From Terriglobia bacterium (GTDB lineage: Bacteria; Acidobacteriota; Terriglobia; 20CM-2-55-15), in NCBI GenBank assembly GCA_965198265.1, contig CBDAPB010000036.1, positions 291,435 to 355,434 of the forward strand: DNA of 64,000 nt. The letters run 5' to 3'. A model generated the notes under the pieces. The model was not told where the DNA came from. It ran no database searches and saw only the letters and a list, made by a program, of their open reading frames with translations. A program made the position numbers and the translations under genes. Positions 39,106-48,012 of the stretch are shown one piece after another; the stretch's first letter is position 1; every line of letters starts with the position of its first letter.

Positions 39106-39336
39106 CTAGATCTAATAAGACGTAAAAGGCCGCCCGTTCCGTGCGGCCTGACTGCGATTTTTGTGGGGAATCTGCCTGAGGAAGCTATCCGCTGTCAGGC
39201 CTTCGGCTATCAGCTTCTAAATGAAGACAGAATACTGTCGCAGAGCCGCTTGGTTTTCTGGCGGAAAGCTGACCGCTGACAGCACACTTGATCCCGTGAA
39301 TCTGGGATCAAAACTCCTAAACTCGAGGATCAAGCC

Positions 39337-39921
39337 TCAAAAGCCGAGGGCGGACTCGATGGCTCCCGTCATCTGTCGCGACCCCGGTTCGACCGCGGAA
39401 CGGAACCTTCCGATAATCTTCCCGTCGCGCCCGATGAGGAACTTTTCGAAATTCCAGTCAACCTCACCGGGGGAAGCCGGGTTCGTCGCGCTCGATGTCA
39501 GGTAGTCGTACAGTGGGACCTTGTTCGGACCCCTAACGACGATCTTGGCGAACATATCGAATTCCACCCCGTAGTTGCGTTCGCAGAAGTCCTTGATCTC
39601 GGCTGCCGAACCCGGTTCTTGCCGGCCGAAATCATTGGAAGGGAACCCCAGCACCTTCAGCCCCCGGACGGCGTACTTTTCGTGCAGGTTCTGAAGGCCT
39701 TCGTACTGGTAGGTGTAGCCGCACTCGCTTGCGACGTTGACGATCAGCACGACCTCGCCGCGATACCGCTCCAGGTCCACGCTCTCACCGTCGAGACTAT
39801 TCATCGTGAATTCAAAAATGCTCGCCATTTCCGTCGCCGTGGCGTCGATGTTTCCCACAGCGGCTGCCGTTATGGTCAGAATCAATGCCGTAGCGCATGA
39901 AAGTGTCACTCTCATCATCAT
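39337..39921 (-). CDS. gpx: Glutathione peroxidase (Cys-type), secreted
   Basis: 194 aa with NVASECGYT (Cys encoded by TGC), FPSNDFGRQEPG, WNFEKFLI and an N-terminal signal peptide. Confidence 0.9.
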   Translation of the reverse strand: MMMRVTLSCATALILTITAAAVGNIDATATEMASIFEFTMNSLDGESVDLERYRGEVVLIVNVASECGYTYQYEGLQNLHEKYAVRGLKVLGFPSNDFGRQEPGSAAEIKDFCERNYGVEFDMFAKIVVRGPNKVPLYDYLTSSATNPASPGEVDWNFEKFLIGRDGKIIGRFRSAVEPGSRQMTGAIESALGF

Positions 39922-39972
39922 CGCTCCTCCAGGATTCGTGTTGGAAAAGTGTCAACCCGATTGCCGCGGGAA

Positions 39973-41679
39973 TCAAGCTCTTTCCCCTCCACTGGATGAG
40001 GCCGGATAGAGCGTCGAGCCGGACTCCTCGCCCAGAAGCTGGCTCCTGACCAGCTTGATCGGGATACCGCCCTGGCGGACGAAGTCGTCATGAAAATCCC
40101 GGAGCCTGTACCGGCTCCCTTTCACCATGCGGTAGTCGTCCCGGAGTTTGTAGACCTGCAGCTTTCCGAGCGTGTACGCGAGATAGGTCGGGTCGTAAGT
40201 CCCGCGCCGGGCTTCTTCGTAGGCATTGGCAGGTTCCTGGAATCCCTTCTCCACAAACACGCGGGCGCCCTCCTCAACCCTCATGCCGGCGGTGTGCAGC
40301 TTCATGCCGACGACCCAGCGACAGTCCCGCAGCAATGCCTCGAGGAGTTGTGCGAGACGAATGCGCTCGTCGCCCTGCCCGTAGCCCTCCTCGACCATCA
40401 TCTGCTCGGCATAGTGTGCCCACCCTTCGACATTCGAGTAGCAGCTGACCAACTTGCGGGTTTTGGTCGGGAATTGATCCGCGTAAAGGAACTGGATGTA
40501 ATGGCCGGGATAGGCCTCGTGGATGGTGATGACCTCCATGACCGTCCGGTTGAACAATCTGAGGTGCTCCTCTTTGTGCTCCGGGCTCCAGTCCTCTTCG
40601 GGCGGTGTGACGTAGTAAAAGGCTTCCCGCGCGCGGTTTTCGTAGGGTCCCGGCGTGTCCATGGCCGCGAAGGCGCCGAAACGGAAGTAGGGCGGGGTTT
40701 CTTCAATCAGGGGCCGAACGTCGGACGGGACAGTGACGATCTGCCTCTCTTCGAGGAAGCGAACGATTCCCTCGATCGTCTCCTGCGCGCTTGGAATCAG
40801 GTTTTCCGCCGAAGGGAAATCGTCCGACAGCGAACGCATCACTTCTTCAGGAGAACGGTCAGGCTCGATTCGCCGTGCTGTCTCGATGAAGTCACGATGA
40901 TCGCGAGCGAGGTTGGACTCTCCTATCGCGAGCAGTTCGTCAAGAGGGACATCGATCATCTCCTCATACCGCATCTTGGCGGCGAAAGCCTCCGCACCGA
41001 TGGCATATTCCCCGTCGGAGCGGGGAAGCAGGTCGTTCTCAAGCCAGGCTGCGGCCTGGCTGACGGCTTGCGCAGCGGCTGTTTGTGACCGACGGAATTC
41101 GTCGAACGCGGGATCGTCAGTCCCAACTGAGCTCGTCGCCCAATCCTTTATCGTGTGCCCGAAGAACTTGACCGAGCCCCGGGCGATCCGGATCGCAAGG
41201 TCGGTGAACTCCCGCGGGGGGTTTTCCAGGTTGTCTTTCATCGCGCCCAGGATCGCCGGTACGCCGCCCAGTCGAGAGGTCATCGCGCGCAGGCGGTCCG
41301 CGGGAGGCGCGAAGCTACGCTTCATCAACCCGTCGATGGATTCTCCGAGCAACCAGACGTAGTTGATGGGGTTCTTGCGCCAGCTTCCCAGGGTTTCGAG
41401 GTCGAGCAACTCCGCCCGAATTTTCCCGGCCAGGATTTCGGCGTCGATGCGGTCCGAGGCCGAAAGTGTTTCCTGCGTGATGGCACTGAGCCGCTCGCTG
41501 AACTCGGTCAGGGAACCGATGCGGCCCAGATGTGCGGAGCGTGAGAAGTCAGCAAACTTCGAATCGTAATCATGGATGCCGGCTGCGGTCGCTTCGTTCG
41601 GTGTCCACTCGAAAAGGGCGTCGAAGTAGTCGTCGACGAAACGGGAGAACTCCGTCGCATGTGCAGTTTGTATCTCCAT
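39973..41679 (-). CDS. DUF885 family protein
   Basis: 568 aa with the family-typical HEAYPGHY motif and matching overall length. Confidence 0.75.
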   Translation of the reverse strand: MEIQTAHATEFSRFVDDYFDALFEWTPNEATAAGIHDYDSKFADFSRSAHLGRIGSLTEFSERLSAITQETLSASDRIDAEILAGKIRAELLDLETLGSWRKNPINYVWLLGESIDGLMKRSFAPPADRLRAMTSRLGGVPAILGAMKDNLENPPREFTDLAIRIARGSVKFFGHTIKDWATSSVGTDDPAFDEFRRSQTAAAQAVSQAAAWLENDLLPRSDGEYAIGAEAFAAKMRYEEMIDVPLDELLAIGESNLARDHRDFIETARRIEPDRSPEEVMRSLSDDFPSAENLIPSAQETIEGIVRFLEERQIVTVPSDVRPLIEETPPYFRFGAFAAMDTPGPYENRAREAFYYVTPPEEDWSPEHKEEHLRLFNRTVMEVITIHEAYPGHYIQFLYADQFPTKTRKLVSCYSNVEGWAHYAEQMMVEEGYGQGDERIRLAQLLEALLRDCRWVVGMKLHTAGMRVEEGARVFVEKGFQEPANAYEEARRGTYDPTYLAYTLGKLQVYKLRDDYRMVKGSRYRLRDFHDDFVRQGGIPIKLVRSQLLGEESGSTLYPASSSGGERA

Positions 41680-41719
41680 CGGTGCACTTATTATAGAATC
41701 CCACCAGGAGATTCCCGGA

Positions 41720-42091
41720 ATGACATTGGTTCCCGCCGAAGTTCAGCGAGTTCTGATGAGACTACGGGTCGAGATGCTGACTCATCTCGGCCGTGGCGAA
41801 GACGACACCGACTTCTGCGGGCGTTGCCACCTCCCCCTTCCGGCCGGAGACTTCGAGTCTTACGAGTTCTGCCCGTAGTGCTGCCAGTCGATCAGCGGGT
41901 TCGTCCCGCAGTTAGACGAATCCCGTCGAATCATCGAACACCAATGGGACGTCAACACCGAGATCCAGTGCGGTGAGTGCGGCGGTGAGTACGAGCAGCC
42001 GACGCGCTACGCTTTCCGTTTCTGCCCGCATTGCGGCGCTCCGTTCGCCGAACACGACGAGGTTATGATCGAACTGCCTTTCTTGATCTGA
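41720..42091 (+). pseudogene. Double zinc-ribbon ORF (123 codons) interrupted by one in-frame TAG at codon 53
   Basis: AGGAG lies 9 nt upstream of ATG 41720. Translation gives MTLVPAEVQRVLMRL..FCGRCHLPLPAGDFESYEFCP-TAG(41876-41878)-CCQSISGF..IQCGECGGEYEQPTRYAFRFCPHCGAPFAEHDEVMIELPFLI*. Confidence 0.5.
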
Positions 42092-42564
42092 AGTACGGTG
42101 ATCTGGACGAGGTCGCCGGCTCATTCCTGCCGCTATACATTCCAGCGCTAGTATTACTCCTGATCCTTGTTGTCGCCGCGTTGCTCTTACCTCGGCTGGA
42201 AGTCACGCAACCACCGAGACCCTGGCATTGGTTTCTGGAGTTGCTGGTTCCCGGGACGTCGCCCGGATGGCGGTATTTCGGAAGCGTACCCCTCTTCGCA
42301 TGCACTTTTCTTTTCCTACAACCCTCCTTGGAGCTTTCGGATTGGTCGTTCTTGTTCCAGCTCGTGCCATCCGTCGGGCGGGCCTATGGCGTACCCACCC
42401 GGGGCCTTGACGACATCGAACTCGCCGCGGCCTACATCGCGACTATTCAGCCATCCTGGTGGTCCACACTCTATCTCCTGCCGGTATCTTTCTTCGTCCT
42501 GAATGCGTACATCGTCTGGCGCTCGAACCGCTCGCGTGCGAACCGTGTCGGGATCGCTGACTGA
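42031..42564 (+). CDS. Membrane protein carrying the WHW..PGTS..WR.FG 3-TM module
   Basis: 177 aa from TTG 42031. It lies in the -1 frame relative to the zinc-ribbon ORF and overlaps it by 61 nt. It is homologous to the C-terminal ~130 aa of the 750-aa protein at 44287-46539. Confidence 0.55.
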   Translation: MRRSVRRTRRGYDRTAFLDLKYGDLDEVAGSFLPLYIPALVLLLILVVAALLLPRLEVTQPPRPWHWFLELLVPGTSPGWRYFGSVPLFACTFLFLQPSLELSDWSFLFQLVPSVGRAYGVPTRGLDDIELAAAYIATIQPSWWSTLYLLPVSFFVLNAYIVWRSNRSRANRVGIAD

Positions 42565-42712
42565 CAGAAACACGGCCTTGGCCACCGCCAGTTTTTCTGG
42601 CGTTCCTACCTCCACACTCGTGCTTCGGCGCTCGTACGACAACCGTTTGACGTGTTCCGAAGAATGCTCTTAAATAGCCGCAGTTTCTTCGGCGGAATCA
42701 AGATTGCTAGAC

Positions 42713-42829
42713 ATGGCCGTCTTCGCGAACGCCGGCGAATGGGGCGGAATCTGGATTTACGCCCTGCCGGCCGTGTTGTTCATCGCAAACCTCATAGTGG
42801 TCTGGCGGTCGAGGCGGACTGTGAGTTAG
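42713..42829 (+). pseudogene. 38-codon ORF equal to the last TM helix of the WHW module (probable gene remnant)
   Basis: MAVFANAGEWGGIWIYALPAVLFIANLIVVWRSRRTVS compares with GEWLELFNPSAAWIYGVPAILFIVNLILVLRSRRLSV at the C-terminus of the 750-aa protein. Confidence 0.35.
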
Positions 42830-42906
42830 TGGCTCATCGATGAGAGTTAAGCGCACCGTCCTAAACTGAAAGTTAGACTGACAACGCCCGTCATCGGGAG
42901 GCGATC

Positions 42907-44277
42907 ATTTCTCTTGCCCCACAGCAACGAGTCGGTTCTTTTATCCTGCTGGAAAAGATAGGAGAGGGCGGGATCGGGGAAGTTTGGAAAGGCCGTGATC
43001 GGCGCCTGAACCGGGTTGTCGCGCTCAAATTCATCCTGGCGGAGCGGGAAGGGGTATCGACGAAGGACCTGCTCCGCGAAGCCCGTGCCGCGTCGGCCCT
43101 GAACCATCCCAACATCGTGACGATCCTGGAGATCGGAGACAGCGAAGCCGGACCGTACCTGGCGATGGAGTTTGTCAGAGGCGAGACGCTGCGCCAGCGG
43201 CTCGATCGCGGGCCTGTATCGCTGGCGGACGGCCTTCGTATTGCGTCCCAGGTGTGCGAGGGACTCGCGGTTGCCCACCAGGCTGGAATAGTGCACCGGG
43301 ATCTCAAACCCGAAAACATCATGGTGCGCGTCGATGAATACGTGAAGCTGGTGGATTTCGGTCTGGCGAAGGTTCTGCCCTGGGGGCGCGAGACCGAAAG
43401 CGGCGAAATGACCGCCGAGACCGTCACGCGCACGGGCGAACTAGTGGGCACGTTCAACTACATGTCACCCGAACAGGCCCGGGGTCAGAGAGTAGAACCG
43501 ACCAGCGACGTGTTCTCTCTCGGCGTTGTCCTCTACGAGCTTCTGACTGGCGAACATCCTTTCCGCGGAGCGACAACCGCGGACACTTTGAATGCAATCC
43601 TCAGCAAAGAGCCTGTTCCGGTGAGGACCGCACGACGGGAAGTGTCGAAACCGTTGAGCGATCTGGTCGATCGATGCTTGCGCAAGGAAGCTGACGAACG
43701 ATTTCCGACTGGAGCGGAGGTCGTCGGGCAGCTCGATCCGGCGGCCGTTGAGCTGAGCCCCGGACAAACCGGTGCCGGACGACTCCGATCCCGGAGCCCG
43801 CACAATCTGGCCGCCGCTGCGATCGTTCTGGTGCTGCTTGCATGGGCGATTTTCAACTTCCTACCGTGGGGGCCGGACGTCGCATCCGTAGAGTCCGTTG
43901 CGGTGATGGACTTTCGTATCGATCCGAACGAGGGCCTTGGTGAATTCGGGGCCGAGATTCCGTTGGAGCTCACGACGGCACTTGCGCGGGAAGGATTGGC
44001 GGTGGCCTCCCGAAGCAGCGTGACCGGCATGGGGGTGATCGGGGACCCACGAAGCTTTAGAGATCGGTTGGGCGTCGATGCTGTCCTGGGTGGTGAAATC
44101 GGTTCCTACCGAGGCAGTTTGAGGCTCTATCTCGAACTCATCGATACCCGGACCGGCTTCCAGCTATGGAGCCGGGTTTTCGAGCTGGATCCCGGAGTCC
44201 TGATCGACGGGGGAGAAGAGGTTGCCCGCGGAATTGCTGTCCAGGTCATGGAGGCACTCAATGAACCCAACGACTGA
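42907..44277 (+). CDS. Ser/Thr protein kinase with one TM helix and an extracytoplasmic TolB-N/LpoB-like domain
   Basis: The frame is open from 42877. It contains the glycine loop GEGGIGEVWKG, VALK, HRDLKPEN, DFGLAK and SPEQ. The ORF track starts only at GTG 43117, inside the kinase domain. There is no ATG/GTG/TTG upstream of the glycine loop. The proposed start is ATT 42907, 5 nt after GGGAGG. Confidence 0.8.
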   Translation: MSLAPQQRVGSFILLEKIGEGGIGEVWKGRDRRLNRVVALKFILAEREGVSTKDLLREARAASALNHPNIVTILEIGDSEAGPYLAMEFVRGETLRQRLDRGPVSLADGLRIASQVCEGLAVAHQAGIVHRDLKPENIMVRVDEYVKLVDFGLAKVLPWGRETESGEMTAETVTRTGELVGTFNYMSPEQARGQRVEPTSDVFSLGVVLYELLTGEHPFRGATTADTLNAILSKEPVPVRTARREVSKPLSDLVDRCLRKEADERFPTGAEVVGQLDPAAVELSPGQTGAGRLRSRSPHNLAAAAIVLVLLAWAIFNFLPWGPDVASVESVAVMDFRIDPNEGLGEFGAEIPLELTTALAREGLAVASRSSVTGMGVIGDPRSFRDRLGVDAVLGGEIGSYRGSLRLYLELIDTRTGFQLWSRVFELDPGVLIDGGEEVARGIAVQVMEALNEPND

Positions 44278-44286
44278 GGAGGTGCA

Positions 44287-46539
44287 GTGTTGAATGATCA
44301 ACAAGTTAAGAGGCGTACCTTTCGAGTCATGGCAAGAATGCTGGCGTTTGTGCTGGCAGTGTTCTTGGTGGTCCCACCAGCATCGGGCCAGGTTCGCCTC
44401 GAAGTCTCGCCGACCGATGGGCCCGAGAGGGTCGGTCGACGGGCCGACATCATCGGGGATAGTCCAGTCGGTTGGACGATCAGTTACGGAACGTACGACT
44501 GGCTTCGACCGCAACTCGTCGTCGCGGGCCCGGAACGCGCATACTTCGCACACGGAAAAGTCCTAAGGCTGATCGACACCGATTTGGGCTTGGTCCTCAG
44601 GCGCTGGATCGTTTCCGATCAAATCGTCAGCGTCGACGCAGATAGTCAAACGGTTCGGGTAGACATTCAAGTTCGCGACCGCGGCGAGCGGTCACTACAA
44701 ACAGTAGTGCTCGGACCGGAGTACAGGGAGCCTCCGTGGATCGAGGACCTGTCCGCTGTGGTCCTACTTGAGCTCGAGGTCGGTCTGCTCCTCAGGGATC
44801 TTCCGCAGGGCCGGATCGAGCTTGGTTCCGAGGGGGCGCGTGGGCTGGCCGGGGAACGGGTTGCCGTGGCCCGGGAAGCCGTCCTGCGCGATCCATTGTC
44901 GCCATGGTTGCGGATTGCGCTTGGCTACCTGCTGATGGAACTGGGCGACTCGGAAGATGAAAGGGTCGTTCGCGAGGCGATCGGACTGCCCTCCGCCAGT
45001 TTCGTTGAATTGTTCGGAATCTCTGGTTTTCTCGAAGGGCTTCCGCGTCCGGATCTGGCCGGTGAAGCCTTCGATGCGGGGTACCGTAAATTCCTCGAAG
45101 CAGGTAACGACCCCCGGCTTGCAGATTCTTGGGGTTTTTATCTCTTGCGAGGGCCCAGGCGCAACCCTGACCTTCCAGAGGATCGTGATGCGTGGATCGA
45201 CCGCTTATATCGACTCTCACCTCGAGAGAACTGGGCACATCTGGCCTGGCGTTACTGGGCCGACGTCCTGGCAGAGGAAGGTAACGCCGAGGAAGCAGCG
45301 GTCTGGCGTGTTCGTTCGGAGGAATCCGAAGCCGCTTCAGTGGGCGCCATCGATCTCTGGGACGATCGATTGAGGCTCGGGGTTTTGGCGGGCATGCTGG
45401 CGATGGTCCTGTACTACGTCGCTCTGCAGCTGCGGTATTGGCCCGAGCGACGCCTCTCGAACGTGGCTACGCGGAAAAGGCGATTCATTCATCTGCCCAG
45501 CCTGGGTGCCCACTCTTGGGACGTCCAGGATCGGACTGCGCTCCTGCTGATTCTCCTTTTAACCTGGATTGTCGCCGGTTCATCAGGGGTTGTGCAGGAG
45601 GGGCTGCTCCGATACTGGAGAGCGGCTCCATACGGTGTCGGAACGCTGGCCTCGCCGCTCTCGACCGGGTTGCTTGAAGGGCGCTTTCCGGAAACTCCGG
45701 AACGCGATCTTCTCCTGGCGTTGGCCTACCAGCAGGGCGGACGGACCGAGGAGGCCGAAAGGCTCTATCGCCGGTTGCCCGCGACTTCGGAGGGATGGAA
45801 CAATCTCGGCGTCCTGCTATCCGAGGGCGGTCGTAGCGACGAAGCCCGAGAAGCCTATCAGGCGGCACTCGGAATCGCTCCCGAGCTGCCCGAGGCGATC
45901 TACAACCTCGGTCGCGGGTCTTCAGATTTCTGGACCCAAACTTACGAGCAGTATGTACCCGGCCGACCGATGTTGGCCATCCCCTCAGAACGGCGGCTCT
46001 ACGATGCCTCCTTCGGGATCCGGGCACATGCTGGCCGCGTTCTCACGGGGCCATTCTCACTGACGGTATTGGATGCGAGAAGCGGCCCTCGTGAGAGGCC
46101 GTTCTGGGTGATGCTGACATCCGCCCCGACTCCGGGACTTGCCACTTTCCTGTTGGTCATCATCGGTTTTCTACTCGTGTCGCTTTGCGCGCCAAGACAG
46201 GAAGTGACGGAAGCGGCGTCCGGGTGGCATTGGATGGTCGAAGGCCTGTTACCAGGAACTTCGGGTCGGTGGCGACTGTTCGGTGGGATTGTCCTATGGG
46301 CCTGGGTTTACTTGATCGTTCGGGTCGTCCTGACTCTCGGTGGAGATTACTACTACGCGTTCCTCGCCAGTGAGGGAGCCGGAACAAATTCTTGGGCCGT
46401 GCCGCTGACCGAGGGGGAGTGGCTGGAGCTGTTCAATCCGAGCGCAGCCTGGATCTATGGTGTCCCCGCCATCTTATTCATCGTGAACCTGATTCTGGTG
46501 CTTCGATCGAGAAGGCTCTCAGTTGCCGGCAATCCCTAG
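44287..46539 (+). CDS. Secreted/membrane TPR-containing protein with C-terminal WHW 3-TM module
   Basis: 750 aa. GAGGAGG precedes GTG 44287. It has a signal peptide (LAFVLAVFLVVPPASGQ), TPRs (..LALAYQQGGRTEEAERLYRRL..GWNNLGVLLSEGGRSDEAREAYQAALGIAPELPEAIYNLG) and C-terminal TM helices. Confidence 0.7.
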   Translation: MLNDQQVKRRTFRVMARMLAFVLAVFLVVPPASGQVRLEVSPTDGPERVGRRADIIGDSPVGWTISYGTYDWLRPQLVVAGPERAYFAHGKVLRLIDTDLGLVLRRWIVSDQIVSVDADSQTVRVDIQVRDRGERSLQTVVLGPEYREPPWIEDLSAVVLLELEVGLLLRDLPQGRIELGSEGARGLAGERVAVAREAVLRDPLSPWLRIALGYLLMELGDSEDERVVREAIGLPSASFVELFGISGFLEGLPRPDLAGEAFDAGYRKFLEAGNDPRLADSWGFYLLRGPRRNPDLPEDRDAWIDRLYRLSPRENWAHLAWRYWADVLAEEGNAEEAAVWRVRSEESEAASVGAIDLWDDRLRLGVLAGMLAMVLYYVALQLRYWPERRLSNVATRKRRFIHLPSLGAHSWDVQDRTALLLILLLTWIVAGSSGVVQEGLLRYWRAAPYGVGTLASPLSTGLLEGRFPETPERDLLLALAYQQGGRTEEAERLYRRLPATSEGWNNLGVLLSEGGRSDEAREAYQAALGIAPELPEAIYNLGRGSSDFWTQTYEQYVPGRPMLAIPSERRLYDASFGIRAHAGRVLTGPFSLTVLDARSGPRERPFWVMLTSAPTPGLATFLLVIIGFLLVSLCAPRQEVTEAASGWHWMVEGLLPGTSGRWRLFGGIVLWAWVYLIVRVVLTLGGDYYYAFLASEGAGTNSWAVPLTEGEWLELFNPSAAWIYGVPAILFIVNLILVLRSRRLSVAGNP

Positions 46540-48012
46540 GCGCTTCATCTTGGTTCGCAACCCCTCGCGGCTGATCCCAAGGATTTCGGCCGTCTTTGTA
46601 CGGTTTCCATCCGCGTTCGTCAGGACGATCTGGATCAACCGCCGCTCCATCTCGGCCAGAGACATTGGTTCGAGCCGGAGACCCTTGGAGTCGGGGCCCA
46701 CCCCGCGGACACGTTCGTTGAGTACCTCAGGTCCGAGGGCTTCTCCAGGCGTCGACACCGCGACCAGGCGGGCCATTTCGCTCTCGAGCTCACGAACGTT
46801 GCCAGGGAAAGAGTAGGAACAGAGTGTCGCCAGGCAATCGCTGGACAGTTGCGGTTTGGTCCGACCATATCTGGATGCGTACCCGCTCAAGAAATGATCC
46901 GCCAGCAGCCGGATGTCGTGTGGACGGCTCCGGAGCGGGGGCACCTTGAGAGTGATCCCGGACAGACGAAAATAGAGGTCGTCACGGAAGCGGCCGGCCT
47001 CGACCTCGCTGACCAAGTCGCGATTGGTTGCAGCGATAGCCCGGACGTCGGCGGTCTCGGTTTTGACCGAACCCACGCGATTGAACTCGCCGGACTGGAG
47101 AACGCGCAGGAGTCGGGGCTGGAGTTCGAGAGGCAGCTCGCCGATTTCATCCAGGAAGAGGGTTCCGCGATGAGCCGCGCCGACCAGTCCGACACGGTCC
47201 CGGTTGGCGCCCGTGTACGCGCCACGGACAGAGCCGAACAGTTCGGACTCGATCAAACCCGGCGGCAGCGCGGCGCAGTTGACGACCACGAACGGGCTGG
47301 CCGAACGATTGCTCTGGCGGTAGAGGGACCGGGCAACCAGTTCCTTTCCGGTTCCCGTCTCTCCCTGAATCAGCACGGGTAGTTCCGTCGGTGCGACCTG
47401 ACGGACTGTTTCGAGCAGCTTCCCGACTTCAGGGTCGGCCGTCAGGATACCGTCTGCTTCTCCCAGACCCGCGTCGAGTTCCCGTGCCCGACGGCGCGCC
47501 TGTTCGACGGCGACGGCAACCCTTAAACGCGGGGCAGATAACGCGCAGATCTCGTCCAGTAACCGCCGGTGAGCGTCTGTGAACCGGTTGCTGACTTCCC
47601 GGTTTTCCAGGTAGACCATCGCAAAGGCGTTTTTGTCCGCGACGAGGGGGGCGCAGAGCAGGGAACGTAGACCCATCCGCCGCACGCTGGGATTCCGGCC
47701 GAATTCTTCTTCCTGCGCGTCGCCTAACAGCAGGGTCCGTCCTTCGTCGAGGACGGCACGCGATATCGAACTGCTCACTTCTTCTTCGGCTTCAGATAGG
47801 GCCTCCGAGCGGAAGTTGCGTGCCGCCACCGCCCCGTAGTTTTCGCCCTCCTTCAGGATCACGAACCCGCGGTCTGCCCCGAAGCAGTCGATCACATCGT
47901 CCAGGAGATCCGACAGGAGCTCTCCAAAGTCACGTTCGCGGAGCAGGGTCCGCGCCACACGATAGAGCAGGCTCACTTCCTCGGCGTTGAACTGGTGGTG
48001 CTCGTCGGACAC
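46519..48012 (-). CDS. Sigma-54-dependent transcriptional activator (GAF - AAA+ - Fis HTH)
   Basis: 497 aa with GETGTGKE (Walker A), ESELFGSVRGAYTGA (a GAFTGA variant) and the C-terminal HTH NRTKTAEILGISREGLRTKMKRLGI. AAGGAG lies upstream of GTG 48012. Confidence 0.88.
   Translation of the reverse strand: MSDEHHQFNAEEVSLLYRVARTLLRERDFGELLSDLLDDVIDCFGADRGFVILKEGENYGAVAARNFRSEALSEAEEEVSSSISRAVLDEGRTLLLGDAQEEEFGRNPSVRRMGLRSLLCAPLVADKNAFAMVYLENREVSNRFTDAHRRLLDEICALSAPRLRVAVAVEQARRRARELDAGLGEADGILTADPEVGKLLETVRQVAPTELPVLIQGETGTGKELVARSLYRQSNRSASPFVVVNCAALPPGLIESELFGSVRGAYTGANRDRVGLVGAAHRGTLFLDEIGELPLELQPRLLRVLQSGEFNRVGSVKTETADVRAIAATNRDLVSEVEAGRFRDDLYFRLSGITLKVPPLRSRPHDIRLLADHFLSGYASRYGRTKPQLSSDCLATLCSYSFPGNVRELESEMARLVAVSTPGEALGPEVLNERVRGVGPDSKGLRLEPMSLAEMERRLIQIVLTNADGNRTKTAEILGISREGLRTKMKRLGIAGN

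Noticed and set aside
39337-39921. Selenocysteine recoding in glutathione peroxidase.
   Set aside because: The active-site residue in NVASECGYT is encoded by TGC (Cys). There is no in-frame TGA.
42031-42091. Programmed -1 frameshift fusing the zinc-ribbon ORF to the downstream WHW membrane ORF (61-nt overlap, -1 frame).
   Set aside because: The overlap has no canonical X XXY YYZ slippery heptamer (the closest is G CCT TTC) and no obvious downstream pseudoknot. A TTG start at 42031 gives a plausible independent protein. It is kept only as a remark.
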